In this document: one piece after another, positions 34,268 through 43,038 of the stretch
Layout of the letters: each line of letters starts with the position of its first letter
Position numbering within the stretch: the first letter of the stretch is position 1
IMG/VR virus record: IMGVR_UViG_3300042483_000388
Reading direction: 5' to 3' (one strand)
DNA from: a virus
Taxonomy: Duplodnaviria > Caudoviricetes
Length of the DNA: 64,000 bases
Notes under the pieces: model-generated
The model's input: the letters and a program-made list of their open reading frames with translations, nothing else
Told to the model about the DNA's origin: nothing
Database searches by the model: none
Translations under genes and position numbers: made by a program

Positions 34268-34489
34268 ATGGGAAAAGGATCTGACAGAGGACGTTACATT
34301 TGTAAAGTGGGTTTTTATGATATCTACGCAAAAGACTCGATGGTAAACATTAAAGACAGGGGAAACAAAAAACAAGTTGGGAGTACTGAGTATAACGTAT
34401 ACCACGCAAAAAGATTAGTAGAGAAAGGATTTAAGACTAAGGACCTTGCGGTCATTAAATCTAATGAACTTTTACTTAAAAAAAAATAA
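34268..34489 (+). CDS. Small basic protein
   Basis: ORF track. Confidence 0.65.
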   Translation: MGKGSDRGRYICKVGFYDIYAKDSMVNIKDRGNKKQVGSTEYNVYHAKRLVEKGFKTKDLAVIKSNELLLKKK

Positions 34490-34490
34490 T

Positions 34491-34700
34491 ATGAAAAAAA
34501 TTTTAGCAACCATACTTGGGTTTCTTATGTCTTCAATTGGAATCGTGTTTTGTTCCATTTACCTACAATATGAATTATCTATCGTTTCGTTAATTATAGG
34601 GTTATTTGGGTCAGTAATTCTTACTCCGGCGTTTACTTCTTGGAAAGAATATTTTATAACCATTTTTGAAAAAAACGATAAGCATGTGGATGATAATTAA
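34491..34700 (+). CDS. Small two-TM membrane protein
   Basis: MKKILATILGFLMSSIGIVFCSIYL...IIGLFGSVIL. Confidence 0.65.
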   Translation: MKKILATILGFLMSSIGIVFCSIYLQYELSIVSLIIGLFGSVILTPAFTSWKEYFITIFEKNDKHVDDN

Positions 34701-34778
34701 TATCCGTATTATGCTAATATTGGGGTTTAAACACTAACAAAATACATATTTATACTTATACTATAAAAAACATAAGCC

Positions 34779-34862
34779 ATGTCACCAGAGATTTACATTG
34801 CAGTCGGGATACCAATTTTATTTGTTGGTATTTTGATCTACTTACGATTTACCCACAAATAA
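34779..34862 (+). CDS. 27-aa single-TM microprotein
   Basis: Hand translation: MSPEIYIAVGIPILFVGILIYLRFTHK*; TATTTAT upstream. Confidence 0.5.
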   Translation: MSPEIYIAVGIPILFVGILIYLRFTHK

Positions 34863-34966
34863 AAATAATACAATTTAAAGGGTAAAATATAAAAATTTCC
34901 ATATAATTAAATAATTTATTGGGTCTCATTAGTATTTATAATAAAATAAACATTAAATATTTTATT

Positions 34967-35143
34967 ATGAAATTAACAAAAGATCAATTAATGGGGATTG
35001 TTAGACACGTAATCACATTTGTTGGTGGTATCCTTGTTACTAAAGGGTTAATTGACGATTCGACATTAACTGAGATTATTGGTGGAACTGTTGCATTATC
35101 AGGAGCCATTTGGTCAATCGTATCTAAAATCAAATCTAATTAA
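34967..35143 (+). CDS. Putative small holin (two-TM, Pam3-gp28-like)
   Basis: MKLTKDQLMGIVRHVITFVGGILVTKGLID...IIGGTVALSGAIWSIVSK. Confidence 0.65.
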   Translation: MKLTKDQLMGIVRHVITFVGGILVTKGLIDDSTLTEIIGGTVALSGAIWSIVSKIKSN

Positions 35144-35205
35144 TTAGAATAAAAAAAAGGGTTCGTCTGAACCCTTTTTTAAAGTATTAAATATTTATAG
35201 TTTAT

Positions 35206-35817
35206 ATGGAAAATGTTGCAACAATCATAATAGCGTTTATAACAGGTGTTTTAGGTCCGGTTACATTATTATATATAAAACATGTATTAGCTAAGAGGCA
35301 AGTTAAACCCGACATGGTTAAAGAAACTCTAAGGGTGAGTGAATTAGTTACCGCAAAAATAGAACATATAAAAGATGAATTTGACGCAGATCGTGTTTGG
35401 ATAACACAATTCCATAATGGGGGTAATTTCTACCCAACAGGGAAGTCAATGGCTAAATTCTCAATAATGTATGAAACCGTCCATCAAGGTGTTCAATCGG
35501 TTCAAAGTAATTTCAATAACATACCAGTTAATTTATTTTCAAAATCAATCAATGAATTATTAAGTAACGACATTATTGAAATTCCTGATTTTAAGGACGA
35601 TTCAATTGCAACATTTGGTTTAAAATATATTGCCGAAGATACGGGATGTAAATCTGGTTATTTATTTGCAATTAAGACGATTGATAATAGATTTATTGGT
35701 TCTTTAGGTTTAGATTACACAAAACGTAAGAAGAAATTGGACATGGAATCAATTAATCACCTACAAGTCCATGCAACATCGTTAGGTGGAGTTCTTATGA
35801 GACACTTAGAACAATAA
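35206..35817 (+). CDS. N-terminal TM + GAF-like domain protein (T4 holin T-like architecture)
   Basis: TM IIIAFITGVLGPVTLLYI; ADRVWITQFHNG...SGYLFAIKTIDNRFIGSLGLDY is a GAF-type pattern. Confidence 0.6.
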   Translation: MENVATIIIAFITGVLGPVTLLYIKHVLAKRQVKPDMVKETLRVSELVTAKIEHIKDEFDADRVWITQFHNGGNFYPTGKSMAKFSIMYETVHQGVQSVQSNFNNIPVNLFSKSINELLSNDIIEIPDFKDDSIATFGLKYIAEDTGCKSGYLFAIKTIDNRFIGSLGLDYTKRKKKLDMESINHLQVHATSLGGVLMRHLEQ

Positions 35818-35853
35818 TTTTGTAAATCACAATTTAATTCATATCTTTACTGT

Positions 35854-36342
35854 ATGAATATATTTTTTTTAGATCTAGACACAAAAAAATGTGCGGAATA
35901 TCATTGTGATAAACACGTAGTAAAAATGATTTTGGAAACAGCACAACTATTGTGTGGTGTTCATCATGTAATCGGAAACGATACAATACCTATACCATAC
36001 AAGTTATCTCACAAAAATCATCCCTGTGCAATTTGGTCTCGCGAGTCCTTACCCAATTATCTTTATTTATGTGATTTTGGTTTGGAGTTATGTAAAGAAT
36101 ATACATATCGTTATGGTAGACGACATAAGTCCCAGGACGTAATAGAGTGGTGTTTAATAAACAAACCAAATATTTCCGACACAGAGTTCACAGAACCACC
36201 CAAGGCTATGCCAGATGAGTATAAAGTTGATAGTGTGGTAGAATCCTATAGAAATTACTATATTGGTGCAAAGAAAGACTTCGCAAAATGGAAAAATAGG
36301 GAAATACCTGAATGGTTTTTAAACGAGGGAGTATTTATATAA
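35854..36342 (+). CDS. Pyrimidine-dimer DNA glycosylase / endonuclease V-family protein
   Basis: MNIFFLD...HCDKHVVKMILETAQLL...HKNHPCAIW...PPKAMPDEYK...YRNYY. Confidence 0.8.
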   Translation: MNIFFLDLDTKKCAEYHCDKHVVKMILETAQLLCGVHHVIGNDTIPIPYKLSHKNHPCAIWSRESLPNYLYLCDFGLELCKEYTYRYGRRHKSQDVIEWCLINKPNISDTEFTEPPKAMPDEYKVDSVVESYRNYYIGAKKDFAKWKNREIPEWFLNEGVFI

Positions 36343-36357
36343 AAAATATAAATTAAC

Positions 36358-37176
36358 ATGGGTTTAAAAGTTTCAAGACAGGCATGTAATACTTCAGATC
36401 CTTGCTCCACTAATCCTGGTGTAAGCGGATGTATTAACGACTCAAATTTAAAATCGGTGGGTGTTGGTAGTCATAAACTACAAAAAGATGCTGCGGATGG
36501 TTTTATTAAGATGTACGCTGACATGCCTGCTGATATTAAAAGTTCGGTAAAATTATCGGATAGTTATAGACCATTAAAAGTTCAATGTAATATATTTGAT
36601 TTTGATCATTACGAAAGTACAGGTAAACGAAGAAAAAAAGGAACTAGTGGAACTCCTGTTGCAACACCAGGCGGATCAAACCATGGTTGGGGTAGAGCAA
36701 TTGATATATCCCCAAGTAATGTTCAAAAGTGGATTAAAGACAATGGAACAAAATATGGTTGGTGTTGGGGTGAAGTGAAATCAGAATCTTGGCATTTCAC
36801 ATTTTGCGGACCTGGACCAAATAGAGATAAAAACTGTGATAGCTTTTGTACAGGTAAAATGACTGTGAACACATCAACTAAAAGTTCATCTTCAGATGTA
36901 ACTGATAAAAAATCTGATACAACATCTTCAGATGTGACTGATAAAAAACCTGATACAACATCTTCAGATGTAACTGATAAAAAACCTGATACGGAAATAA
37001 AAACAAATGATAAAACAGATCCAGTTAACGATTTTGATTCCCTAATAAAAGATTTTGTTAGTTCAAAATTTAATATTCCCAAAAAAGATGAACCAAAAGA
37101 TAAAGAAGAAGTTGTTGCCGAAGGGTTAATACAAGAGATTTATAGAATTAAAGATATTATGAAAAAAATTCTTTAA
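36358..37176 (+). CDS. M15B (VanY-like) D-Ala-D-Ala peptidase / peptidoglycan hydrolase with repeat linker
   Basis: SDSYRPLKVQ, ATPGGSNHGWGRAIDIS (SxHxxGxAxD), ESWHF. Confidence 0.85.
   Translation: MGLKVSRQACNTSDPCSTNPGVSGCINDSNLKSVGVGSHKLQKDAADGFIKMYADMPADIKSSVKLSDSYRPLKVQCNIFDFDHYESTGKRRKKGTSGTPVATPGGSNHGWGRAIDISPSNVQKWIKDNGTKYGWCWGEVKSESWHFTFCGPGPNRDKNCDSFCTGKMTVNTSTKSSSSDVTDKKSDTTSSDVTDKKPDTTSSDVTDKKPDTEIKTNDKTDPVNDFDSLIKDFVSSKFNIPKKDEPKDKEEVVAEGLIQEIYRIKDIMKKIL
36889..36993 (+). repeat. 36-bp coding tandem repeat (SSDVTDKK[S/P]DT x3)
   Basis: TCTTCAGATGT.ACTGATAAAAAA units at 36889, 36925 and 36961. Confidence 0.9.
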
Positions 37177-37234
37177 TATATTTGACTCATCCAATCATTT
37201 AACATATCTTTTCATTATATAAAAAATAAAACAT

Positions 37235-37393
37235 ATGAACGAAGGAATTAAAGAAATAGAGATGTATTATTACATCGTAAATGGTAAACAACTATGGACA
37301 TCAAATGAGTTATTTGCTCACATTAGAGCAAACCATTATGGATCAGAAAATGTTTATATTGAAAAAATAAACACATCAGATTTGACAAATTAA
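37235..37393 (+). CDS. 52-aa hypothetical protein
   Basis: Hand translation: MNEGIKEIEMYYYIVNGKQLWTSNELFAHIRANHYGSENVYIEKINTSDLTN*. Confidence 0.55.
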   Translation: MNEGIKEIEMYYYIVNGKQLWTSNELFAHIRANHYGSENVYIEKINTSDLTN

Positions 37394-37551
37394 AATAAAG
37401 TCATTATCTTTGTAAGACAAATGAGGTAGATAACAGTTCAGACACAAGTCTCAAAAAAAAATAAAAAAGTTTAGAAAAAATTTGGAAAATTCAAAAAGTA
37501 TTCTTATCTTTGTAAAACAAATCGGAAACGTCCGATAACGTTCTTTGAAAA
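37381..37551 (+). promoter_or_regulatory. Tandem Bacteroidota promoters, hairpin and boxA-like element (rrn-like leader)
   Basis: TTTG/TATCTTTG at 37381/37405 and 37481/37505 (both 20-nt spacers); hairpin ATCGGA-AACG-TCCGAT 37521-37536; GTTCTTTGAAAA 37540-37551. Confidence 0.75.
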
Positions 37552-37554
37552 TTT

Positions 37555-38425
37555 AGATATTATCCGTTCAGGATTAGGTTAAGAACCTTCGGGTTTAAGA
37601 GTGAAACTGATAAAGATATTGGGCCGTGTATAGTCCATAAAATAAACTACGAAAGTAGGATAAAGTGAATCCACAAGTGTAACGGGTTTGCGTCTTAATA
37701 GTCTTCGGAATATTGAGGTCGAGTACACAGGCGAGATACCATAAGATCTTTAGTACCGAGGCCAACGGTGTAGGGAAAGTGATTTTATGACGAGGTGATG
37801 TGGGTCATCTTGTTGAGGAGGGAACTCCAATAGGAATAACTCGTAGGGACGTTGCAAGAATCAATATTTCCAATGTTGTTATTGCGGGTTCCAGTATCAA
37901 AGGATACTTAAAACCGAAAGGTATGTTAATGTACGGGTGGTGCCGTTATTAACCTTAACCGACTTCTACCAAGGGGTTAGTTTCGAAGTAGTCTTGAAAT
38001 ATTGAAATGGGGACATTTCACGGAGTTGTTTGGTATTTTGTTATTCAAAAGATAATGAAGCTTAAGACGGACCACAACTTTGATCAATCCACAACACAAA
38101 AACTTTTATAGAAAAGGTAAAACTTATAACTAAAAAGCAAAAGTGTTCGTCACGATATAACGGAAGTTACCCACCTATTCACTGGCTGTCAGTGGAACGT
38201 GATAACCGCAAGTTTGACCGTATTTTTATGAAAAATCTCTAGGTCGTCGAAGACCGAACCAGGACGCAATCTTGGGGAGACAGGAGTAGTAAGAGAGTAG
38301 TTGTATCGTCAAGGGGTGATTGGTCTAACCAATCGGTAATGAGTGTTACGGGACAAAATCCTGTGGATAAGAGTAGAACCAATAATGACTCGAAAGACAC
38401 TTACAAAAACTGTAATCTCAGGTTT
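37555..38425 (+). ncRNA. Large (~870 nt) highly structured non-coding RNA, GOLLD-like candidate
   Basis: No ORF >=60 aa; visibly G/C-richer than flanks; many tetraloop-capped hairpins (AACC-TTCG-GGTT 37584, CTAC-GAAA-GTAG 37647, AGTATC-AAAG-GATACT 37893, ACC-GAAA-GGT 37913, TGAAATG-GGGA-CATTTCA 38003, CCAGGA-CGCAA-TCTTGG 38259, GATTGGT-CTA-ACCAATC 38318). Family assignment rests on size and context only; boundaries approximate. Confidence 0.7.
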
Positions 38426-38461
38426 TTATTTTTAACATAAACTTTAAATTTAATTGAAAGC

Positions 38462-38635
38462 ATGCAAAAATTAATTCTCTTATCTATTGCTATTTTTACG
38501 ACAATCACTCTTATGACTGCTTGTGGTGAAAACGGAAATGGAACAACAACTGAAGTTTCAAGTCAAGATGTAACAAACGTATCAGATTCTACTTTAACAA
38601 CAAGTGAAGTTGTTTCTGACACAACAAAAAAATAA
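38462..38635 (+). CDS. 57-aa lipoprotein with Ser/Thr-rich tail
   Basis: Hand translation: MQKLILLSIAIFTTITLMTAC-GENGNGTTTEVSSQDVTNVSDSTLTTSEVVSDTTKK*. Confidence 0.65.
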   Translation: MQKLILLSIAIFTTITLMTACGENGNGTTTEVSSQDVTNVSDSTLTTSEVVSDTTKK

Positions 38636-38686
38636 TTTTATATTATTTTAAAACGGAACCTACCTTTTGGTGGGTTTTTTTGTGCT

Positions 38687-38731
38687 CTAAAATATAATAT
38701 TAGCGCAACACTAAAATATAATTATAGCGCA
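38687..38731. repeat. Two 21-bp direct repeats (24-bp period) between convergent terminators
   Basis: CTAAAATATAATATTAGCGCA (38687-38707) and CTAAAATATAATTATAGCGCA (38711-38731). Confidence 0.7.
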
Positions 38732-38767
38732 TAAAAAAACCCCACCTGTGGAGATGGGGTAATATAA

Positions 38768-39166
38768 GGTGGAGGTGCGGAGGCTCGAACTCCGGTCCAT
38801 AATATCCTGTCAGAGAAGGACTACACGTTTAGGTCAAGGTTTGTCATACCTTCCGAAATATCTGAGTTCTCACACCACTCAGCGACGGTGGTAGTTCTTA
38901 CGGGGAACCACGCCCGTTTTGTCCTCTTTTAGAGTGAAAACCAACTCATCAACGACTTCTGTTGCTAGGTTATCTGTCTGACCGACCCCCCGTTTCCGTA
39001 AACCTCTTAGGCTACAGTAACTTCAGAACCTCTTAGTAAACCAAGAGTTTCCATTTTCGATAAAACGTCGCCGATTGTTTTTGTGAATCAGTTTTTAAGG
39101 AGATTAATTCAGTCTCCACGTGCCCTTTGTCTTCAGCCAATACCTGTCAAATCCAAAAACACCCCC
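38768..39166 (-). ncRNA. ssrA: tmRNA (one-piece)
   Basis: 5' GGGGGTGTTTTTGGATTTGACAGG; 3' GGACCGGAGTTCGAGCCTCCGCACCTCCACC; acceptor with G3-U70 and A73; tag reading frame 39072-39007 GDVLSKMETLGLLRGSEVTVA*. Confidence 0.93.
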
Positions 39167-39243
39167 ATATGTCAAATAACTTGTTATATTATAAATACAA
39201 ATATAATACAAAGATTTATATTATTCAATATATTTATAAAAAT

Positions 39244-40389
39244 ATGAGAAAAAGATTACTTATAGAAAACGATATTTCAGAGTTAGATGACTTTCAAAAG
39301 ATACTTCTTTTAAATAAACGAAAGATATCTCCTGACGAGGTTGAATTTTTTAATTCAGATGGTAAATCATATGACGAAATGGAGGTAAAATATGATGGTC
39401 TTTATTTTACTTTTGATGGTCTTGAGGAGTTTTTAAAGTTTTTCTTTCCTGGCACATATGGTGATGGTTCATATGATGAATATGAGGCTTCGAATCTTGA
39501 GCAAATGTATAATAGTCGATGGGATTTTGGTTTTGGTGATAGAGCATATGATGAGTGGAGAGATGGTTATATATTTGGGTATTTTTGCGAAAATAATATG
39601 AATTTATTATATGATGTCGTTAAACTTGTTTCACCTAAACTTATGTCTTGTTTTGTTAAAAATAATTCTGGGAAATTTATATTAAAAAGTGGTGATAATG
39701 AAAGTTGTTATAATAGTATGGTTGAGGTTCTTGACTCACTTCCTAACATATCCGATCAAATCCAATGGATATGGTCTGACGCTATGCAAGAGGCAAGTGA
39801 GGATGATGCATCTAATTATATTAAAGATAGATACTGTGATGGTTTAAATGGGGTTGGCATTAAAAGGTATTCTGATAGATATTGTTTTTGGAAATACAAT
39901 ATTAGTTGGGGTAATTTAGCGATGATGTTTATTAATACGGGTGAGTTTGATGGTAACTTAATTGATACTATGCATACATATATTGATAAAAATTTTAAAG
40001 ACCACACACCTGAATCCTATGCCTATGAGATTGCAGATTACGCTCATAATAGTGAAAAATTTAATGATTATTTTTGCGATAAAATTACCATTAGGTTAGA
40101 AGAATTAATTGAAAATTTGATGGAGGATTTTGATACTGAATATTTTGAGGTATTAACAAAAGTAATAGATATGGGCGGATTTGGTAATTTTTTACCAATG
40201 AAATCATATAATGATAAATACCAAATAAGACTCAATTCAATAGATCCTGATAATTTAAAAATTAAATATACCATTAAGTTAAAAAATTCTTGGGGTGAAG
40301 ACAAACAAGGAGAACTACCACTTAAAGATTTATTGAATCTCATCAACCAACCGGGATTATTTGACCCAATGGATTATAGAACTAGTTAG
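39244..40389 (+). CDS. Hypothetical acidic/aromatic protein (MRKRLLIE leader)
   Basis: Probable start ATG 39244 after TATTTAT; the track extension overlaps tmRNA. Confidence 0.7.
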   Translation: MRKRLLIENDISELDDFQKILLLNKRKISPDEVEFFNSDGKSYDEMEVKYDGLYFTFDGLEEFLKFFFPGTYGDGSYDEYEASNLEQMYNSRWDFGFGDRAYDEWRDGYIFGYFCENNMNLLYDVVKLVSPKLMSCFVKNNSGKFILKSGDNESCYNSMVEVLDSLPNISDQIQWIWSDAMQEASEDDASNYIKDRYCDGLNGVGIKRYSDRYCFWKYNISWGNLAMMFINTGEFDGNLIDTMHTYIDKNFKDHTPESYAYEIADYAHNSEKFNDYFCDKITIRLEELIENLMEDFDTEYFEVLTKVIDMGGFGNFLPMKSYNDKYQIRLNSIDPDNLKIKYTIKLKNSWGEDKQGELPLKDLLNLINQPGLFDPMDYRTS

Positions 40390-41419
40390 ATCCGTATATC
40401 CTTTCTTGTAAAATTTCATAAAGTTTAAAACAATCGTCATTGTCAATAAACAATCCTGTTCCATCATAAACGTCCGATATCATAATTCCACATTCTTCCT
40501 CAAACACGTCAACTGAAACCAATGAATGGATCTTATCAATCTCACTTTCGACAATATCATCGTCCTCAAACTTATCATAAGTTGGATAAACAAATGGTTT
40601 ATATTCAAATCCGTATTTTTTAAGACCCAGATCTTTAACCAAGTTTTTGCCGGCCTCAATTGCTCGTACAACATCGTCAACACAAACAAACTCATTTGAT
40701 GTATGCATATTATAGTATCCACAAGAAATGTTAATACAAGAAAAATCGGACTTTTGTTTGATTTGCATGATATCCGTATAAGGGTGAGACTGAACCATCA
40801 TTTCATTTTTAAATGACTTTATAACTGATGGTAGAGCCAATTTAAAGAACTCTCCGTCAACGTCGAATAACTGTGTTCCTGAGCAAGATAATGATATCAA
40901 GTGGTCACCAGGCGCATCGTATTGGGCGCAATACCCAACATCCTTAAGGAAATCAACATTGCAGTTTCTTGATCCATGACAACCAGTTTCTTCTGACACA
41001 AAGAAGGCCACCTTTACTTTATCCAATTGTTTAAGCAATTCCAAACAGATAAAAATACCACATTTGTCGTCACCACCAATACCCGTTGGGTTTCCTTTTT
41101 CATTGTATGCCTTTAAACATGGGACAGGTTCTTTATCAAAAGTTTTTCCAAATGTGTTTGGTCTTGATAACATTTCTTCTTTAACGATAATTTCATCAAC
41201 AAGTTCGTGTACCGTATCTGTGTGGGAAATAAACATTGGATAGAATTCACCTTCATCTAACGTTCCTTTTGTTGCGTAGATATTATTGTGTTCATCACAA
41301 GTAAGGGTAACACCATCCATATCACTAATTGATGACATGATATACTCAACCATCTTAGTCTCTTCATAAGTTTTGGTTGGGACTGAAAGTAATTCTTTAA
41401 ATTTATCTATATTCATCAT
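40382..41419 (-). CDS. M20/M28-family metallopeptidase
   Basis: FISHTDTV, GIGGDDKCGI, FFVSEETGCHGS, NISCGYYNMHTSNE; TATCTTTG box at 41432-41439. Confidence 0.85.
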   Translation of the reverse strand: MMNIDKFKELLSVPTKTYEETKMVEYIMSSISDMDGVTLTCDEHNNIYATKGTLDEGEFYPMFISHTDTVHELVDEIIVKEEMLSRPNTFGKTFDKEPVPCLKAYNEKGNPTGIGGDDKCGIFICLELLKQLDKVKVAFFVSEETGCHGSRNCNVDFLKDVGYCAQYDAPGDHLISLSCSGTQLFDVDGEFFKLALPSVIKSFKNEMMVQSHPYTDIMQIKQKSDFSCINISCGYYNMHTSNEFVCVDDVVRAIEAGKNLVKDLGLKKYGFEYKPFVYPTYDKFEDDDIVESEIDKIHSLVSVDVFEEECGIMISDVYDGTGLFIDNDDCFKLYEILQERIYGSN

Positions 41420-41487
41420 ATATTGTTTTTACAAAGATAATCATTTTTTTTTGATAATACCAAGTATTTATAATTAAAAATATAATT

Positions 41488-41730
41488 ATGAAAATTGTAA
41501 GACTAACAGAAAATGATTTAGTTCGTATTGTAAGACGTGTTATTAATGAAGAGGAAGATGATATGGATGAGTTAATTGATATAAATGTGGAGGTTGAAAA
41601 TCCCGAATGTTGGGAAAACACAACATCTTCTGATGGTAAACGAAAAAAACGAAGAAGAAAAAGTTCAAGTTGTTCTCGCAAATACAAAACTAAATCAAAA
41701 ACAAGTCATTACGGAAATAATTGGCATTAA
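41488..41730 (+). CDS. Leader-family small protein (MKIVRLTENDLVRIVRRVINE) with acidic then basic payload
   Basis: ORF track; TATTTAT at about 41465. Confidence 0.75.
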   Translation: MKIVRLTENDLVRIVRRVINEEEDDMDELIDINVEVENPECWENTTSSDGKRKKRRRKSSSCSRKYKTKSKTSHYGNNWH

Positions 41731-41753
41731 AATTAAAATAAAAAATATATATT

Positions 41754-42515
41754 ATGAATAGAAGTTATAGTAAAATTAGACACATACTACAAGCCAATCT
41801 GATGTTGGAGGGAAGAATGATGTCGGAGAAAAGAATATTACTTGAAGAAGATAAAAAAGAAGGGGATATAGTTGCCTCTCCTAGAGACCCTTCCGAAATT
41901 GCAACGGGAATGATTGATGCACCGTTTAATGTTATTAATTCTAATGGTCAATATGGAAAACAATATTATTACACTTGTGTGTCTAACAAAGATCTCCCAC
42001 TAGATAAACAAACACCAGCTGAAAAAGCCGGCGCAATAGTTGACGGAAATAATAATTTAGTTACCGCTGCGGGGTTAGGGTTAATACCAGGATATCAGAA
42101 TAAACTTAATGTTGCATGTAAACCTATTTACGATAACTTAGCAAAATGGAGAAAAACATTTTGTGCTAATCTTAAAAATAAAACAAAACCTAATTACGCT
42201 TGGAATTGTCCTGAAGCTGCAAAACCAGTTGTGGCGGCAGCAGTAACAACTGCAACACCTGAGGAATATATTAACCTTTACAATTCAAATTCACTTAAAT
42301 CCAACCCTAAAATAGTACAACTAATAAAGGATGGTAACATAACAGTGATAGATAAGGAGAATGTTAGTGATAATGGGATGGAGAGAACCTATGAACTAAG
42401 ATATTTTACAACCGGAAAAACATTCACATTAGGACAGGGAACTGGACAAGATAAAGTGATAAATTCCCCAAAAGGTACAGATATTACCGATTTGGTTGTG
42501 TCGTTGACTAAATAG
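41754..42515 (+). CDS. Putative virion protein (MNRSYSKIRHILQANLMLE leader)
   Basis: ORF track; LLEE junction. Confidence 0.7.
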   Translation: MNRSYSKIRHILQANLMLEGRMMSEKRILLEEDKKEGDIVASPRDPSEIATGMIDAPFNVINSNGQYGKQYYYTCVSNKDLPLDKQTPAEKAGAIVDGNNNLVTAAGLGLIPGYQNKLNVACKPIYDNLAKWRKTFCANLKNKTKPNYAWNCPEAAKPVVAAAVTTATPEEYINLYNSNSLKSNPKIVQLIKDGNITVIDKENVSDNGMERTYELRYFTTGKTFTLGQGTGQDKVINSPKGTDITDLVVSLTK

Positions 42516-42522
42516 TCTATAA

Positions 42523-43038
42523 TTATTTAAACATAGTTAAAACACAATAAAAAATATCACCATTGGTGTAGGTTACCCCACCTTGTGTGATTTTATTGGA
42601 TGTTTTACTACCAACACATATACCATCATATTGACTACTTAACAATAACTTATTGTGTGGAGGTGAATTTTTCCAAACGTTTAAAGCCATTGTTGCACAT
42701 TCCTCATCTGTTGAAAGTTTTATAAATGTGCATAAATTTTCCCCAACACATATGTAGTCAAAATTGTAAACATAGTTTATCCTATCTATAAAATTATCGA
42801 ACGTCTTAGAATTAGATGTTTGTATTTTTTGGGAATGATCTAAAGGAATGGTCGATGTCTCAACCATATAATTTAACATCTGTTTATTTGCAATTTTTGC
42901 TTTTTCAGAATAACATAATGGTGGTAATAGGTTTTCTTTACGATATTCGTTGACTTTTTTAATTATTAATTGATCAACATTTTGACCAAAAAAGAAAAAG
43001 AAAACAAAAATAAAAATAAATAATAAAAAAGTTTTCAT
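42523..43038 (-). CDS. CAP (SCP/PR-1-like) domain secreted protein
   Basis: Signal peptide; VNEYRKEN.L..L...LDH...GENL...WKNSPPHNKLLL...GICVG. Confidence 0.85.
   Translation of the reverse strand: MKTFLLFIFIFVFFFFFGQNVDQLIIKKVNEYRKENLLPPLCYSEKAKIANKQMLNYMVETSTIPLDHSQKIQTSNSKTFDNFIDRINYVYNFDYICVGENLCTFIKLSTDEECATMALNVWKNSPPHNKLLLSSQYDGICVGSKTSNKITQGGVTYTNGDIFYCVLTMFK

Noticed and set aside
37555-38425. rRNA fragment, RNase P RNA or group I intron
   Set aside because: No universal rRNA signatures; RNase P motifs GAGGAAAGUCC and the CR-V segment are not matched; not inserted in a gene and no P7 core recognised by eye. An Infernal scan is needed for certainty.
39127-39243. N-terminal extension of the 39127-40389 ORF
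   Set aside because: Overlaps the tmRNA 5' end and its promoter; ATG 39244 follows TATTTAT and gives a leader-like start.
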